A stretch of DNA of 63,610 nt from a virus (lineage: Duplodnaviria; Caudoviricetes): IMG/VR virus record IMGVR_UViG_3300009155_000004, positions 1 to 63,610 of that record. The stretch is one strand, 5' to 3'. Positions within the stretch are counted from its first letter, which is position 1. Every line of letters starts with the position of its first letter. The notes beneath the pieces are model-generated. The model was not told where the DNA came from. It made no database searches and saw nothing but the letters and a program-made list of their open reading frames with translations. This document shows positions 1-10,711 of the stretch, piece by piece. Made by a program: the position numbers and the translations under genes.

Positions 1-123
1 CAATATAATAAATTATCAACCAAGTTAACACCCGTAATTAAATTACTAGTACTGAACTTCAAGTACTCAACCGGAGCTCTACCAACGCTTTCTATTAACA
101 ATATATATGTCTCTCCTGTTCCG
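1..123. repeat. Terminal overlap, copy 1 (circular assembly)
   Basis: 1-123 is identical to 63488-63610, and an ORF reads in frame across the junction. Confidence 0.97.
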
Positions 124-437
124 TTTGCATTCTCATGGTATTTCACAACCATATTAAATATGCCCTTCACAAAGTAGTATATATTATTGTTTGCCTGATC
201 AACATACGAACCAATTGTTGTATATGTGCCCGGCAATGTTATGCCCATAGCCAATGCTGCGGCCCTTAATCCAGACACTTTGGTGTTACCCATTACATTC
301 TGCACGGAACCAACATTGGTTGAGTCAGATGTACCTACACGGATGTTTCTAGCATCTCTATATTGACCATTAGGGATAAGCCTCTCATCGAGGTCTTTGT
401 TCATTATGCCAGCGGCAAAGTTTCTTTTTAATTCCAT
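1..437 (-). CDS. N-terminal part of the tail nozzle/stabilisation protein; continues across the contig junction into 57706-63610
   Basis: ATG at 437 gives MELKRNFAAGIMNKDLDERLIPNGQYRDARNIRV, the N-terminal motif typical of crAss-like/P22 gp10-like stabilisation proteins. It is in frame with 57706..63588 (437-101=336 nt), giving about 2072 aa. Confidence 0.85.
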   Translation of the reverse strand, partial: MELKRNFAAGIMNKDLDERLIPNGQYRDARNIRVGTSDSTNVGSVQNVMGNTKVSGLRAAALAMGITLPGTYTTIGSYVDQANNNIYYFVKGIFNMVVKYHENANGTGETYILLIESVGRAPVEYLKFSTSNLITGVNLVDNLLY

Positions 438-439
438 AG

Positions 440-1333
440 TTATTTAATCCACTTATCTCTACCACGAAGAACCATTAATAATCTTCCTGGCTTAAGGTTA
501 CTCAATCTGATTTTAGCATTTCTTAGCATCGCTGACTTCTCTTCTCTTGCGCGCCTTACAATGTACTCCTGAACGCCAATTCTGTTGTTTAGAATGCACC
601 ATTTAATGTAAGAGTAGATAAACTCTTCAGCAAACTTGTGAACCTTTAATTGTGATGGGTCTGCGCTTTCAAGACCATCAGAGATATATTCAAGCACGAT
701 CAATCTGCCTGATACAGCTGATGAGAAGTTAATCACACCAGATGCTTTGTCAATTACAAACTTAGGGTTGACATTCGCTTCACTTGTCTCCATCCCAAAG
801 CGTCCGCCAATTCCATATCTAAAGTACCAGTAGCCATCATAGAACCATCCTTCTCTTCCGTAGTACCATCCATCAATATAAGCAATCTCCATTGCTGTAT
901 TCTTGATGCGTGAGATATCTAATTCAGATTGACCGGTGATAATGTTGCCATCTTGATCATAGATGAAATCATCTTTACTATCTTGCAAATATGCGTTAGC
1001 GTAATTAACTGTTGTGTTCTCAGTCAATTTGAATAATACGCCATTTGCTTCTAAAGAAATTCTAATATAGTCAACATAGTCAGGAGGTAAGATGAACTTC
1101 AAGTCATCCTTAACCTTCATCTCAAGAACTTTTTTGTTTCTTAGTGCGTCATAGTTTAGTTCCTGTAATGCTCTTTTTGCGTGGAACAACACATTATAAC
1201 GTGTCGCATTGTCAATCAATTTGTCAGGCCCAACATACATAAGCATGAAGTTGTTGACAATATCAGCCAATGTTGTATTCTGCCCTTCACCCCAAAGGTT
1301 TGAGTCGTTGTAATATTCTTGGTTTGTTGACAT
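440..1333 (-). CDS. Tail ring/adaptor structural protein (crAss-like)
   Basis: 297 aa; FHAKRALQELNYD and LPPDYVDYIRIS motifs; lies between the capsid module and the nozzle. Confidence 0.65.
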   Translation of the reverse strand: MSTNQEYYNDSNLWGEGQNTTLADIVNNFMLMYVGPDKLIDNATRYNVLFHAKRALQELNYDALRNKKVLEMKVKDDLKFILPPDYVDYIRISLEANGVLFKLTENTTVNYANAYLQDSKDDFIYDQDGNIITGQSELDISRIKNTAMEIAYIDGWYYGREGWFYDGYWYFRYGIGGRFGMETSEANVNPKFVIDKASGVINFSSAVSGRLIVLEYISDGLESADPSQLKVHKFAEEFIYSYIKWCILNNRIGVQEYIVRRAREEKSAMLRNAKIRLSNLKPGRLLMVLRGRDKWIK

Positions 1334-2022
1334 TATTGTTGTTGTTGATTATTTTGTTCCTCCGCAGTTGCTATTGCAACAATCTCATTTTCTCTAATAG
1401 TAACACCAGCAAACTTCAATATCTTGATAATCAAGTCGTTCTGAAATATATCAGCTACTTCAAAGTCTTTATAATCTGGAGCCGATTGGTCAAACAATGG
1501 TGCTTGCGTTGCCGGATCGGTGTAGTATGTCCACTTAGGGTCTAATGGGTATCTATTGTAAACAATTGACACGTTAGTCTGAATCGTTGATGGATAGACA
1601 GTTATTGTTGTGCCAGCTTGTGAGTATGCCGGATAGTATGTTGTTGGAGCTGTGTGATTAGAAAACAAAAAGTAAGGCAATTTGTTTTTCTCAATTCTCT
1701 CAACATCCTTAAGACTATACAATACATTTGTTACGCTGTACAAGTCTGTAGGCAGATTGTATATGCCACCAGAATATGTCAATGCAGCGCTGGTAGAAAA
1801 CTTATCAATGCTCTCAGACAAAAGCTTGGCAATGTCCGAGCTGCCACTATACGATACCCCTGTATTCCTCTTAACAAGCCACTTATTGTATTGATAGAAC
1901 ATATCTTCAAATACCTCTAATTGTGCTTGTCTGGCAAATGCATTGAATTCATCAGGAGTAAGATATCCATTGTTATCCTTATTAAGGAAGAACATTACGG
2001 TATTTCTTACGTTATTTATCAT
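1333..2022 (-). CDS. Tail ring/head-tail adaptor protein (crAss-like)
   Basis: 229 aa; LNKDNNGYLTPDEFNAFARQAQ motif; position in structural operon. Confidence 0.65.
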   Translation of the reverse strand: MINNVRNTVMFFLNKDNNGYLTPDEFNAFARQAQLEVFEDMFYQYNKWLVKRNTGVSYSGSSDIAKLLSESIDKFSTSAALTYSGGIYNLPTDLYSVTNVLYSLKDVERIEKNKLPYFLFSNHTAPTTYYPAYSQAGTTITVYPSTIQTNVSIVYNRYPLDPKWTYYTDPATQAPLFDQSAPDYKDFEVADIFQNDLIIKILKFAGVTIRENEIVAIATAEEQNNQQQQ

Positions 2023-2029
2023 TGTATCG

Positions 2030-2037
2030 CAAAGATA
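2030..2037 (-). promoter_or_regulatory. Bacteroidota -7 promoter element (TATCTTTG)
   Basis: Matches TAnnTTTG, 7 nt upstream of the ATG at 2022. Confidence 0.7.
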
Positions 2038-2039
2038 AT

Positions 2040-2070
2040 AAAAAAATAGCAGGGACTTGCCCTGCTATCT
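2040..2070 (-). terminator. Intrinsic terminator
   Basis: ATAGCAGGG/CCCTGCTAT hairpin followed by a U-tract on the minus strand. Confidence 0.75.
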
Positions 2071-2093
2071 TAATGAATGAAAGAAAGAAAAAA

Positions 2094-2387
2094 TTAAGCG
2101 ATTGCTACAGTAGTAACGCTGATACCGCTTGGTAATGTTGGCGTAATGAACTGCAAAGGTGCAGAGTTTGGTTTGTTGATAGCGATGATTGCATCAATGA
2201 TTGCATTTACAGTTGAAGTAGTTGCATTCGTTGTGTGAGTAATAGTAACGATGTCTGTAGACGCGCTAGCAGCAGTGTACGCAATAGTAACGGTAGTATC
2301 AGAAGCTTTAGCTACTAAACCGATGTTGTCTAGGCCGATCAAAACCGTTCCGGTAGTCGATGCCTCAATTTTTAAAAATTTGCTCAT
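2094..2387 (-). CDS. Small structural/decoration protein
   Basis: Thr/Ala/Ile-rich and beta-like; likely start MSKFLK at 2387 with TATATTTG at 2397-2404. Confidence 0.5.
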   Translation of the reverse strand: MSKFLKIEASTTGTVLIGLDNIGLVAKASDTTVTIAYTAASASTDIVTITHTTNATTSTVNAIIDAIIAINKPNSAPLQFITPTLPSGISVTTVAIA

Positions 2388-2408
2388 AGTTGTATGCAAA
2401 TATAATAA

Positions 2409-3155
2409 TTATTCTTGACTAATTCTATTAAGCATCTCTTCTGTCTCAATGCCTTCTTGAGTTTTGAAATACGCAGCGATTGCATTAATTGGATCTTCAC
2501 CCAAAGGAACGCTCATCATTTTGCGTTTGTTATCTTTCAAATTAAAGAATACATCTCTTTGTGAGTTTCTAAGGCTCAAATAAGACATCTCAATATACTT
2601 TGCTGCTTTGTTGCGTAATTGCAAGTCAGAGTCGTCAATCATCTCTAAGAAGTCTTCTGGATTGTTTCTGGCATACACCATGATGTCTCTTCTGATTTCT
2701 TGCGATGTCATTTTCTCTACACGAGATCCAATCATCACACGCAATACTGCCATTGCTGTGTCAATGCTAATTTCTCTTGCTGCAATTTGTGCGTCAAGTT
2801 CAAAGTTCAAATACTCAAGTTTCTCAGTTGCGTCTTTCTCTGGATCGAACTCTTCAAAAATATCTCCGTTAGATGGATGTAATGCTAGAAACTTTTGTAA
2901 TACTGGGTTATTCTTTTGAACAACCAATACGCCATCTTCAAATACAACTGGCTCTAAAATGTAATTGCCATCCTGCTCGTCTTCAAATGGAGACTTTTGG
3001 TTTCTGGCATATCTTAGTGCTCTGTTAGTGTTTGTCGCTTCATCGAAGTGTAATAAAGGGAAACGCTTGGTGTTGCGAGAAGGCAACATGAAAGATAATG
3101 GAGGTGCTACGTCCTTCAGAACGTACACTCTGTCTTTGATTTCTGGTTTTTTCAT
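2409..3155 (-). CDS. Conserved capsid-module protein downstream of MCP
   Basis: 248 aa; RALRYARNQKSPFEDEQDG; promoter motif at 3176-3183. Confidence 0.55.
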   Translation of the reverse strand: MKKPEIKDRVYVLKDVAPPLSFMLPSRNTKRFPLLHFDEATNTNRALRYARNQKSPFEDEQDGNYILEPVVFEDGVLVVQKNNPVLQKFLALHPSNGDIFEEFDPEKDATEKLEYLNFELDAQIAAREISIDTAMAVLRVMIGSRVEKMTSQEIRRDIMVYARNNPEDFLEMIDDSDLQLRNKAAKYIEMSYLSLRNSQRDVFFNLKDNKRKMMSVPLGEDPINAIAAYFKTQEGIETEEMLNRISQE

Positions 3156-3186
3156 TTGATTAAAATTTTACATTGCAAATATAAAC

Positions 3187-3214
3187 AAAAAAAGTGGGGC
3201 TATTAACCCCACTT
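3187..3214 (-). terminator. Intrinsic terminator after MCP
   Basis: AAGTGGGG/CCCCACTT hairpin with a U-tract on the minus strand. Confidence 0.75.
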
Positions 3215-3238
3215 AATTTATTGATTGATAATTACTTA

Positions 3239-4639
3239 TTAGTTACGGAACAAGAAGAAGTTGTTAGCTCCCAAGGTGCACAATGCACGCTCAGACAAGA
3301 AATGAACTTGCATAGCATCCAAGTCACTAGTAGTTGCACCACCAGCAGAACCAGTGATCCAAGTTTTGTAACGACGATCTTCAGTTTCGCTAGCTCTGTA
3401 ACGAACGTGCAAGAATGGACGTTTAGCGTTCTTACCTAACACTTGATCATAAACGCTGGTAGAACCTGCTGGCACCAACACACCATTTACAACACCACCA
3501 TTAAGACCACCACGCAAAGTAGCATCGTTAAGGTATTTCCAGTCAGTTTTGTAGAACTCATAGCTACCACGTTTGAAGCCTTTGAAGCCCAAAGTTAATG
3601 CCATGTTCTCGTCATTGTCAAACAAACCAAAGCTTGTTCCACCTGCACCATAGCTGTTTTGAGCAGCCAACATATCATCAATATCCAAAGAGAATTGACG
3701 ATTGATGAATAATGCGTTTTCTTGGATAGCTCCTTGTTTGTCAAGACGTTGCAAGATAGCATCAAAGTCAGCTAATGCAGTTGGGTTTCCACCGCCCCAC
3801 ACGTTACCACGGCTATTAACAACGTAGAATAAACCTTCAGAACCCTTGTTTCCAACGTCACCAGTAGCTGCGATAGCACCAGAGTTAGCTTCAGCAGGAA
3901 CTGCTTCAACCATAGACATTTCCAAATAGTCATCAAAACGTAAACGAGTTTCGTGCTCTGATTTCAAATACCACAAGTAACCTGTAGCACCGTTCTCAGT
4001 AGTAACTTCTACCCATCCGATTTGAGCCATGTCAGAACCAGAAACTTCATATTTGTCTTTGATAATGATTGGGCTGTTAGAGAAGATATCATCTTGTCCT
4101 TCCAAAGAACCAGTCATACCATTAGAACCTTTTTTGAATTCAGAACCGTAAACAAATGCAGTAGATGCAGTTGATACAGGGATAGTTTGTCCACCACCAG
4201 CATAGTATGCTACAGTGAAAGTCAAACCACTAACAGCAGTGATAATTGCTTTGTCACTTTGAGTTCCACCTGCATTCCTAGATAAGAATACAGTTTGACC
4301 AACTCTGAAGTTACAAGCAGTGATACCTGAGTCAGCTACAGTCCAAACAGCAGTATCATCACTAGCAGCACCAGCTGAAGTACAGCTAGAATACTTTGTG
4401 TGCAAACGACCTTGTTCAGCCCATTTGATTAAGTCGGAGTTACTTGGCATCTCCGCACCGACCATGCGTAAGAAAGATGCAATTGAACGATTACCATATC
4501 TTTCAAATTCTTTCTCGTAAGTATCAGGAAGATACTGGTTCAAGAAGTTGAAGTTGGTAATATAGTTAGTAGGCAATGTTGCCTTTACTGATGAGGGGGT
4601 TAATGCGAAACCCGGACTCGATAATACTGAACCAGCCAT
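3239..4639 (-). CDS. Major capsid protein (crAss-like)
   Basis: 466 aa; follows TerL-portal-scaffold; IKWAEQGRLH, GYLWYLKSEHETRLRFDDYLE and HFLSERALC motifs; strong codon bias; own terminator. Confidence 0.85.
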   Translation of the reverse strand: MAGSVLSSPGFALTPSSVKATLPTNYITNFNFLNQYLPDTYEKEFERYGNRSIASFLRMVGAEMPSNSDLIKWAEQGRLHTKYSSCTSAGAASDDTAVWTVADSGITACNFRVGQTVFLSRNAGGTQSDKAIITAVSGLTFTVAYYAGGGQTIPVSTASTAFVYGSEFKKGSNGMTGSLEGQDDIFSNSPIIIKDKYEVSGSDMAQIGWVEVTTENGATGYLWYLKSEHETRLRFDDYLEMSMVEAVPAEANSGAIAATGDVGNKGSEGLFYVVNSRGNVWGGGNPTALADFDAILQRLDKQGAIQENALFINRQFSLDIDDMLAAQNSYGAGGTSFGLFDNDENMALTLGFKGFKRGSYEFYKTDWKYLNDATLRGGLNGGVVNGVLVPAGSTSVYDQVLGKNAKRPFLHVRYRASETEDRRYKTWITGSAGGATTSDLDAMQVHFLSERALCTLGANNFFLFRN

Positions 4640-4662
4640 GTTTTTTTATTTTTTGTTTTTTT

Positions 4663-5754
4663 TTATTTTTTGTTGCTTTTTATAACTAATCTGTTGCCGT
4701 GGTCGTTGTCAAGAGAAGTTACCTTAAATCCACTTTTGCCCATATTTTCTGGTACGGATCTTACACCTCCCATATCTATGTTCTTTGATTCCTTTGCGAT
4801 TGTCTCTACTGCCTCAGATTTTCCCTGATCGTAGAAATATTTTGCAAAACCCTCCGGATTCCTGGCAACTGCTATCGCCCTATGATACGCAGCCGGATCT
4901 TTCATAAAACCGTTGTCATCTAAGAATGTCTTGATAAACTCGGTCAAATTAGATTGATCCTTCTTAATCGCTTCTGTCTCACCTGGTTTGTAAACAAATT
5001 CATTATCTCCAACTTTAAATCCAAAACCTTTGAATTCATTAGAGAATAACTCGTCAGTTTTCTTGGCGAAATATTCAGCTCTTTCTCTCTGCGCCTGTTC
5101 AACTTCTTTGGCACTCTGGGCATATTGCTTAAAAGCGGTGTACTGATCTTTTTCTTCATCCGGAATCCCAGCACCTCTTGACTCAAGAGGAACTTTGTAT
5201 TGGTCCTTCAGTTTGTTAAAGTAGTCCTTCGCTTTTGTAAGCTCTTGTTTGTGTGCTATTCGTTTCTTCTTAACATCCCTTTCATCGTCCATGTCTTCAT
5301 CGTACTTAAACTTGTTCTCAAGTTCAAATGCAACTTCATCATCGTCAAGGTCAGGGTTGTTTTGCTTATAGTAATCGAACAGCAACTTATTTGGGTCTTC
5401 GTTATCAATGTCTCTATTTACTTTATAGAAATCATCAATGCCTCGACCTGTTTCCTTTTTGAACTTTAAAAACGCTGAGACATCCTCTGGTAACTCTTCA
5501 GTTTGATTTCTCTCTTGAAGCAAGTCATCCAAAGTATTAATCTCTTTGTTATACCTATTCTTAATAAAGGACAGAACGTCATTCTCTTCAAGTTCCCTTT
5601 GCTGTGGAGCAATTGGTTCTTCAATTCTAACAGGCTCTTCAACCTGTTCTACTGGGTGCTGTTCTTCGTGCTTGGCTAGTAACTCCTGTTCGATTTCTTG
5701 AACAGACTTTTCTTCACCGAAACTCACAGCTTTTACTGATGTGAAATTCTCCAT
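4663..5754 (-). CDS. Capsid scaffolding-like protein
   Basis: 363 aa, very acidic and helical, between portal and MCP; promoter motif at 5782-5789. Confidence 0.65.
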   Translation of the reverse strand: MENFTSVKAVSFGEEKSVQEIEQELLAKHEEQHPVEQVEEPVRIEEPIAPQQRELEENDVLSFIKNRYNKEINTLDDLLQERNQTEELPEDVSAFLKFKKETGRGIDDFYKVNRDIDNEDPNKLLFDYYKQNNPDLDDDEVAFELENKFKYDEDMDDERDVKKKRIAHKQELTKAKDYFNKLKDQYKVPLESRGAGIPDEEKDQYTAFKQYAQSAKEVEQAQRERAEYFAKKTDELFSNEFKGFGFKVGDNEFVYKPGETEAIKKDQSNLTEFIKTFLDDNGFMKDPAAYHRAIAVARNPEGFAKYFYDQGKSEAVETIAKESKNIDMGGVRSVPENMGKSGFKVTSLDNDHGNRLVIKSNKK

Positions 5755-5796
5755 ATATTTTATTTGATTAATTTTTCGCTACAAAAATAGTGATTT

Positions 5797-8229
5797 TTAT
5801 TTTGGTTCAAATTGAGCCAAATCAAAACCATCTAAAGAGTCTTCGCTTGATTCAAAATCAATGGCAGGCAAGTCTTTCTTGCGTTGCTCAATTAACTTTG
5901 ATTGGTGTGTGCTTTGCATATCAATACGCTTGTCTTTAGCCATTTCTTTTTGCTCGTCAATTGTCTTAGCTGCATTTACCTCTAATCCTTTCAACTGCAT
6001 ATTCATCTCAAACTCCATTTGCATTAACTGCATTTTAAGTTGAGCTTCTTGCTTCATCTTCTCAATCTCAAACGCTGACTCGGCTTGCTTTAATTGCGCC
6101 TTCGCTTGGAATTCTGCCTGAACCTTTTGCAAGTTAGCTTGTGCTGCTGCCTGAGTAGATTGGATATTAGACTGCGTTTGCATCTCCATCTTTTGTTGCT
6201 CACGCTCCATGTCCTGCTCTTGCTTCTTCCTGCGTTTTAACTTAAGAAGCTCATTTGCTAATTTAATATTGCGAATTTCACGAATATCAATAGCGTCTTC
6301 AAGATCAATCTGGTCACGTTGTAGCGACGCTTGGATGTTAGCCTCAAGCTGAGACTTCTCCTCTTCGTCCGGAGATACTTCAATAAAGATACCAAAATCA
6401 TGTAAGTATAAGTCTTTTACGTCTTCCAATACACCAACATTGTACTTACCAATTTGGTTTATAAATTCTTCTTTGAACTCAGAATACTCAAGCACGTCAG
6501 AAATACGGCAAGATAATGCCTCCGCCAATCTCTTCGTAATGAATAATGTTCCGTCTAAGATATGTCTTGTTGCTGTGTTTGAATTAAGTGCAGCTAATTT
6601 CTGTACGCCAACCAATGATCTTGGATCAGGCATAGAGCCGTCTCTTGCTTCGTTTAAGCCAGTTACGTCCCTAATCATACTCAAGTAGTGGTTGTAAGAA
6701 TTAATCAACGCTGTGATCTTTCCTTGGCCGCTATTTGAGTTTAACTCTTGAATTGGAATCTTGCCTTGGTTGAACTCGCCATCTTGATTGTAAGAACGAC
6801 CAATGACACTACCCGTTTGGAAGTATAACTTAAGCGCGTCCTCTGGATTATAGTTTGCGCCATTACCCAAGTCAACATCATTCATACCATCGGCATCAAT
6901 GTATACACCATCTGGCACAACCTTAGCAATAACCTGTTGTAATTTAAGATGCGTAATTTGAATCAAATCAGCAAACGTAATCATACGCTTAACTAATGAC
7001 TCAATCACACCCTTGTACATTCTTGGGGCCATTGCGATATAGTTAGGCAAAGCATACTGCGTCGCAGACTTTGGTCTAACCATGTTCTTGCTGAGTTCCC
7101 ACTTAAGCAAATAGCTTGAGCCTAACACCATGACACCTTCGTACCATACGTCAATTCTCTTTTCTATTTTCTCAAATCTTTCGTCAGTCCCAGTTGGTGG
7201 GTTAAAGTTTTCATCCTTGCGAATGACACGAGTACCACCATTATCCAAAAACTTCTTCTTGTAGACAAATTTCTTATCGGTTTTATAATTGAAATATAAT
7301 AATGTTACGACATCTCTGTCGAATAATGTGTTCCTGTATGGTCTAATAATGTTGTACTGAGTGAACCAGATACTACTTAACTTAGATATTTTGTCAAGCT
7401 CCTCTTTGGTAATGGTCGGGTCAATCTTAATTAACTCACCAATATGTACTTGCTTGATCTCTCCATAGTAGAAGCAGTCGTCAAATGTTGGAGACTCTGT
7501 GTATGAATAAACAACAGACGCAGGGTCAACGTACTCAACCCTAATGCCGGCTCCTGCTTGGAACGTGTGTTTAACCATTCCGATACCCAAGACAGTCATG
7601 TCATAATCAACACGCCTTTTAACTTCTTGGTATCTGTTCTGTTCAAACAATGTATCAATCGCAATCTCTTCAGCAATCTCAATGGCAGGCTTATAGTTAA
7701 GCTGCATATGAAGATTAAGCTCTTGATCGTTCTCTGGCAAATCTTTAGGATTCGTATTGAAGGCATTGATACCAAATTGTTCTTGCGTTTGCACCAAGAA
7801 GTCTTTTGCTACCATATCCTTCTCAATCATCTCTTTGTAACCTGAACGCTTGCCGGCAGCTAACTCATCTTGAGCAAATGCCTTTACTGCGTACATTCTG
7901 TCAGACATACCGTTAACAACGATATCGACAAACTTAGGGATAATTGGAACTGGTTCCCAGTTAAGATTCAAGTAAGATAAGTCACCGTCAACGGCTAACT
8001 CATCCTTGTACTTTTGTACAGGCTGTTCACCACGAGCGTATAGTCTTAGCTTATGAAACTCAATCCACTGGTTGTAGAAACGACAAGAATTAGTATCTCT
8101 TCTGAACCATTCGTAAGAGATGGCTCGTCCCACTTTGATACCATATTCCTTGGACGCTTTTTCTGCATCAGTAGCCAGCTGACTCGGAAATGATGTTGGG
8201 CTTATTAATTCTTGAGTTGTTTGATCCAT
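5797..8229 (-). CDS. Portal protein
   Basis: 810 aa directly after TerL; PVPIIPKFVDIVVNG and RDVTGLNEARDG motifs; Gln-rich coiled-coil C-terminus. Confidence 0.88.
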   Translation of the reverse strand: MDQTTQELISPTSFPSQLATDAEKASKEYGIKVGRAISYEWFRRDTNSCRFYNQWIEFHKLRLYARGEQPVQKYKDELAVDGDLSYLNLNWEPVPIIPKFVDIVVNGMSDRMYAVKAFAQDELAAGKRSGYKEMIEKDMVAKDFLVQTQEQFGINAFNTNPKDLPENDQELNLHMQLNYKPAIEIAEEIAIDTLFEQNRYQEVKRRVDYDMTVLGIGMVKHTFQAGAGIRVEYVDPASVVYSYTESPTFDDCFYYGEIKQVHIGELIKIDPTITKEELDKISKLSSIWFTQYNIIRPYRNTLFDRDVVTLLYFNYKTDKKFVYKKKFLDNGGTRVIRKDENFNPPTGTDERFEKIEKRIDVWYEGVMVLGSSYLLKWELSKNMVRPKSATQYALPNYIAMAPRMYKGVIESLVKRMITFADLIQITHLKLQQVIAKVVPDGVYIDADGMNDVDLGNGANYNPEDALKLYFQTGSVIGRSYNQDGEFNQGKIPIQELNSNSGQGKITALINSYNHYLSMIRDVTGLNEARDGSMPDPRSLVGVQKLAALNSNTATRHILDGTLFITKRLAEALSCRISDVLEYSEFKEEFINQIGKYNVGVLEDVKDLYLHDFGIFIEVSPDEEEKSQLEANIQASLQRDQIDLEDAIDIREIRNIKLANELLKLKRRKKQEQDMEREQQKMEMQTQSNIQSTQAAAQANLQKVQAEFQAKAQLKQAESAFEIEKMKQEAQLKMQLMQMEFEMNMQLKGLEVNAAKTIDEQKEMAKDKRIDMQSTHQSKLIEQRKKDLPAIDFESSEDSLDGFDLAQFEPK

Positions 8230-10442
8230 TATTTGTCTATTATCCTGCTATTATACCCTTCGTTCTGGTATCTCGCAAATTTAATGCTTATTTTTGATTC
8301 TTTTTTTTCTGGCACATATAAGTGCTTTTGGTTCGCCATTATCGCTAAACCACTGCTAATTGTTGCATCAAATTTAGTTCTATTGTTGATATCAAACCTT
8401 GCCCAGTCCTCAAGTGTCCTTGTGAAATACATTGAGCCCATCTCGTCAGCATCTCTGTACACATTCTCAAAGTCTATGCCAACGTGCTTTTCAATGTACG
8501 TCTCAATAGCGGACGCGTGTGCTTGCTTCACGTCCTCAGATGAGTTAGGTATCCCACCAATCTCTTTCTCTGTCTTAGAGAGCTTGTGGGTGGGTTTGTC
8601 TGGCCTGTTTAACGCAAAGTTTCTGTACCCTCTGTTCTTGAAGTGATATAGTAGCCTTGGCTTGTTATTCTCCACAAGCACCGGCATACCATAGAACACA
8701 CACGCCATCAATACCTCCTCAAAGAATATCTCTGCCGTCTGTGGCCTTGCCACGTACTCTAAGAAGAATTGGTTGCTTGGCGCATCCTCCATGCTGAACT
8801 TCGTCATGCCATGGAGCGATCCGTTAGATCCACCTCCACCCACAACACCTGAGATGTCATAAGGGTCACATCCAAACGCGCCAAGGTGCTCATTGCCAGG
8901 ATAGAACAAACTACCCCTTTTAATAAAGTTATTTCTTAAATTCTCTGGTGGAACCCACGACACAAGGAACCGGCCCTTATTGTCTGGCGTCCAAACAACT
9001 TGACTATCCTTCACCCCGTCCTTCCAATGGAAGTAACCTCTTGTGAGAACCCTGTCCTTGATTAATGAGTCATTGTAGTCAATCTGTTGATAGATCTTCG
9101 TAAGATTAAACAAGGATGCCTTGCTCTCATCCCTGAACGCGTGTGATTCTGTGCGTGGGAACTGCCTGTAAAATTCGTTTAATGAATCTGAGTCGCTCTT
9201 CAAAGATGCAACCTCATTGTTCCAATACTCAATTACACCAATCTTAATCATCCTGCCATCGATACCCTTAATAGGCTTAGATGGTGTGTCAAACACCGGG
9301 TGACCATACTCGTCAATATATCCCTCGAAGTTCCATTCCATTGGGATAAATAATGAATACAGACCACTCTTTGTTTGCCCGTTCTCATTCTTCTTCCTTG
9401 GATCAGAGTCCTCGTATAATTTCTTAAAGTTAGAACCACCCTTGTCAAGCGCATTCGATGTAGAACCCATCATACACTTACCAATGATCCTACTACCCAG
9501 ACGCAAACACGTCTTGGTTACACGCCAGTTATTCTGTATGTTATTTGGCGCAAGCCATTTACCGCTCTCATCCTGAATGAGCATCCGTAATTTTTCTCCG
9601 TCATAACTGTTGTCACCTGTGTTCTTCCAGTCAATCGTGGTATTAAGACCCTCTAAGTGATCCTCCTCAGCCTTGGCAATACTCTTTCTTGTGAACTTAG
9701 ATGCCGGCACACGATACGCAAGCTCAGTCTTTGGCTTGTCCATACCATCTTGTATTGGCTTAAAAAAGAATGGATAGCTCAAAGATATATTCACGACCTT
9801 GTCTGTGAACATTTTCTTTGCATCATCTCCCGTCTTTGATAAGATACCAAACCTTGCATCCTTTGTAATTGTCGCTTGGTTGACCATCTCAGAGCTACTC
9901 ATAAATGAGAAACCTGAACGTCTATTTTTTAGATAGCACATACCAAAGCACCTATCGTCAGCCTTGCAAGCCTCCCAGAATATAAAGAATATCCTGTTAC
10001 TTTCACGGAAATCAGGTAAACCAACGTCTATCTTGCTCCATTGCAAGTACATATAATGTGTGCCGGTGATATATGTCGGGATGCTATTATTAATAAACCA
10101 GAATCCATTATCTCTACGATTGAACTCTTGATCTATGTAGTCATCCCACTTAGCTTTGAACTTATTGTCAGTCCTGTCCCAGTCAAAGATTGTCTTAATC
10201 TTTTGTAATTCTCTAGGATACTCAACGACCTCCCAGTGATTGCTTCTATTCTCAACATCTTCAGGCTGAGCTGGCAAGGCTATGTTAACACCATTAATGT
10301 TATATATCTCACCGATGGTTCCATCCTTAGATATAATGACAACGTCATATTTATCATTGTGGCCATACTTCCAGCTATTTGTAAGGTTGCCTTTCTCGAT
10401 AACCTTCGCACTAATAATATCTTTCTCAATTGTGTATAGCAT
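8229..10442 (-). CDS. terL: Terminase large subunit
   Basis: Walker A-like YLKNRRSGFS, Walker B LIQDESGKW, coupling motif MGST, RNase H-like FGCDPYD...ENNK...FDATIS. Confidence 0.92.
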   Translation of the reverse strand: MLYTIEKDIISAKVIEKGNLTNSWKYGHNDKYDVVIISKDGTIGEIYNINGVNIALPAQPEDVENRSNHWEVVEYPRELQKIKTIFDWDRTDNKFKAKWDDYIDQEFNRRDNGFWFINNSIPTYITGTHYMYLQWSKIDVGLPDFRESNRIFFIFWEACKADDRCFGMCYLKNRRSGFSFMSSSEMVNQATITKDARFGILSKTGDDAKKMFTDKVVNISLSYPFFFKPIQDGMDKPKTELAYRVPASKFTRKSIAKAEEDHLEGLNTTIDWKNTGDNSYDGEKLRMLIQDESGKWLAPNNIQNNWRVTKTCLRLGSRIIGKCMMGSTSNALDKGGSNFKKLYEDSDPRKKNENGQTKSGLYSLFIPMEWNFEGYIDEYGHPVFDTPSKPIKGIDGRMIKIGVIEYWNNEVASLKSDSDSLNEFYRQFPRTESHAFRDESKASLFNLTKIYQQIDYNDSLIKDRVLTRGYFHWKDGVKDSQVVWTPDNKGRFLVSWVPPENLRNNFIKRGSLFYPGNEHLGAFGCDPYDISGVVGGGGSNGSLHGMTKFSMEDAPSNQFFLEYVARPQTAEIFFEEVLMACVFYGMPVLVENNKPRLLYHFKNRGYRNFALNRPDKPTHKLSKTEKEIGGIPNSSEDVKQAHASAIETYIEKHVGIDFENVYRDADEMGSMYFTRTLEDWARFDINNRTKFDATISSGLAIMANQKHLYVPEKKESKISIKFARYQNEGYNSRIIDK

Positions 10443-10711
10443 TATTTGCCCCTTCTCTCAGCAAAGCCACCTTTTTTCTCTTGGATGTGTACGTTGCCCG
10501 TGATCATGTTGCGCTCTTCTTCTATCCTTGATAGAATCTCGAACGCATCAAAGATAGCCAACTTCTTGGTTGCCGCTGCATTTTTTAATTTGTCAGCAGA
10601 CACGTCACCCTCATCACCTGTCAAGATTTGCTCTTCAGCAACCTTAATAAGTTCTTTGATGGCCATCTCGCCTGCCTTGATTATTTTTAATTTATATTCT
10701 TCAGTTGTCAT
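10442..10711 (-). CDS. Small helical protein, possible terminase small subunit
   Basis: Immediately upstream of TerL; KNAAATKKLAIFDAFEIL; ATGA overlap with the upstream gene. Confidence 0.4.
   Translation of the reverse strand: MTTEEYKLKIIKAGEMAIKELIKVAEEQILTGDEGDVSADKLKNAAATKKLAIFDAFEILSRIEEERNMITGNVHIQEKKGGFAERRGK

Noticed and set aside
1-123. Physical direct terminal repeat
   Set aside because: It falls mid-gene with the frame preserved across the join, so assembler circular overlap is the better explanation.
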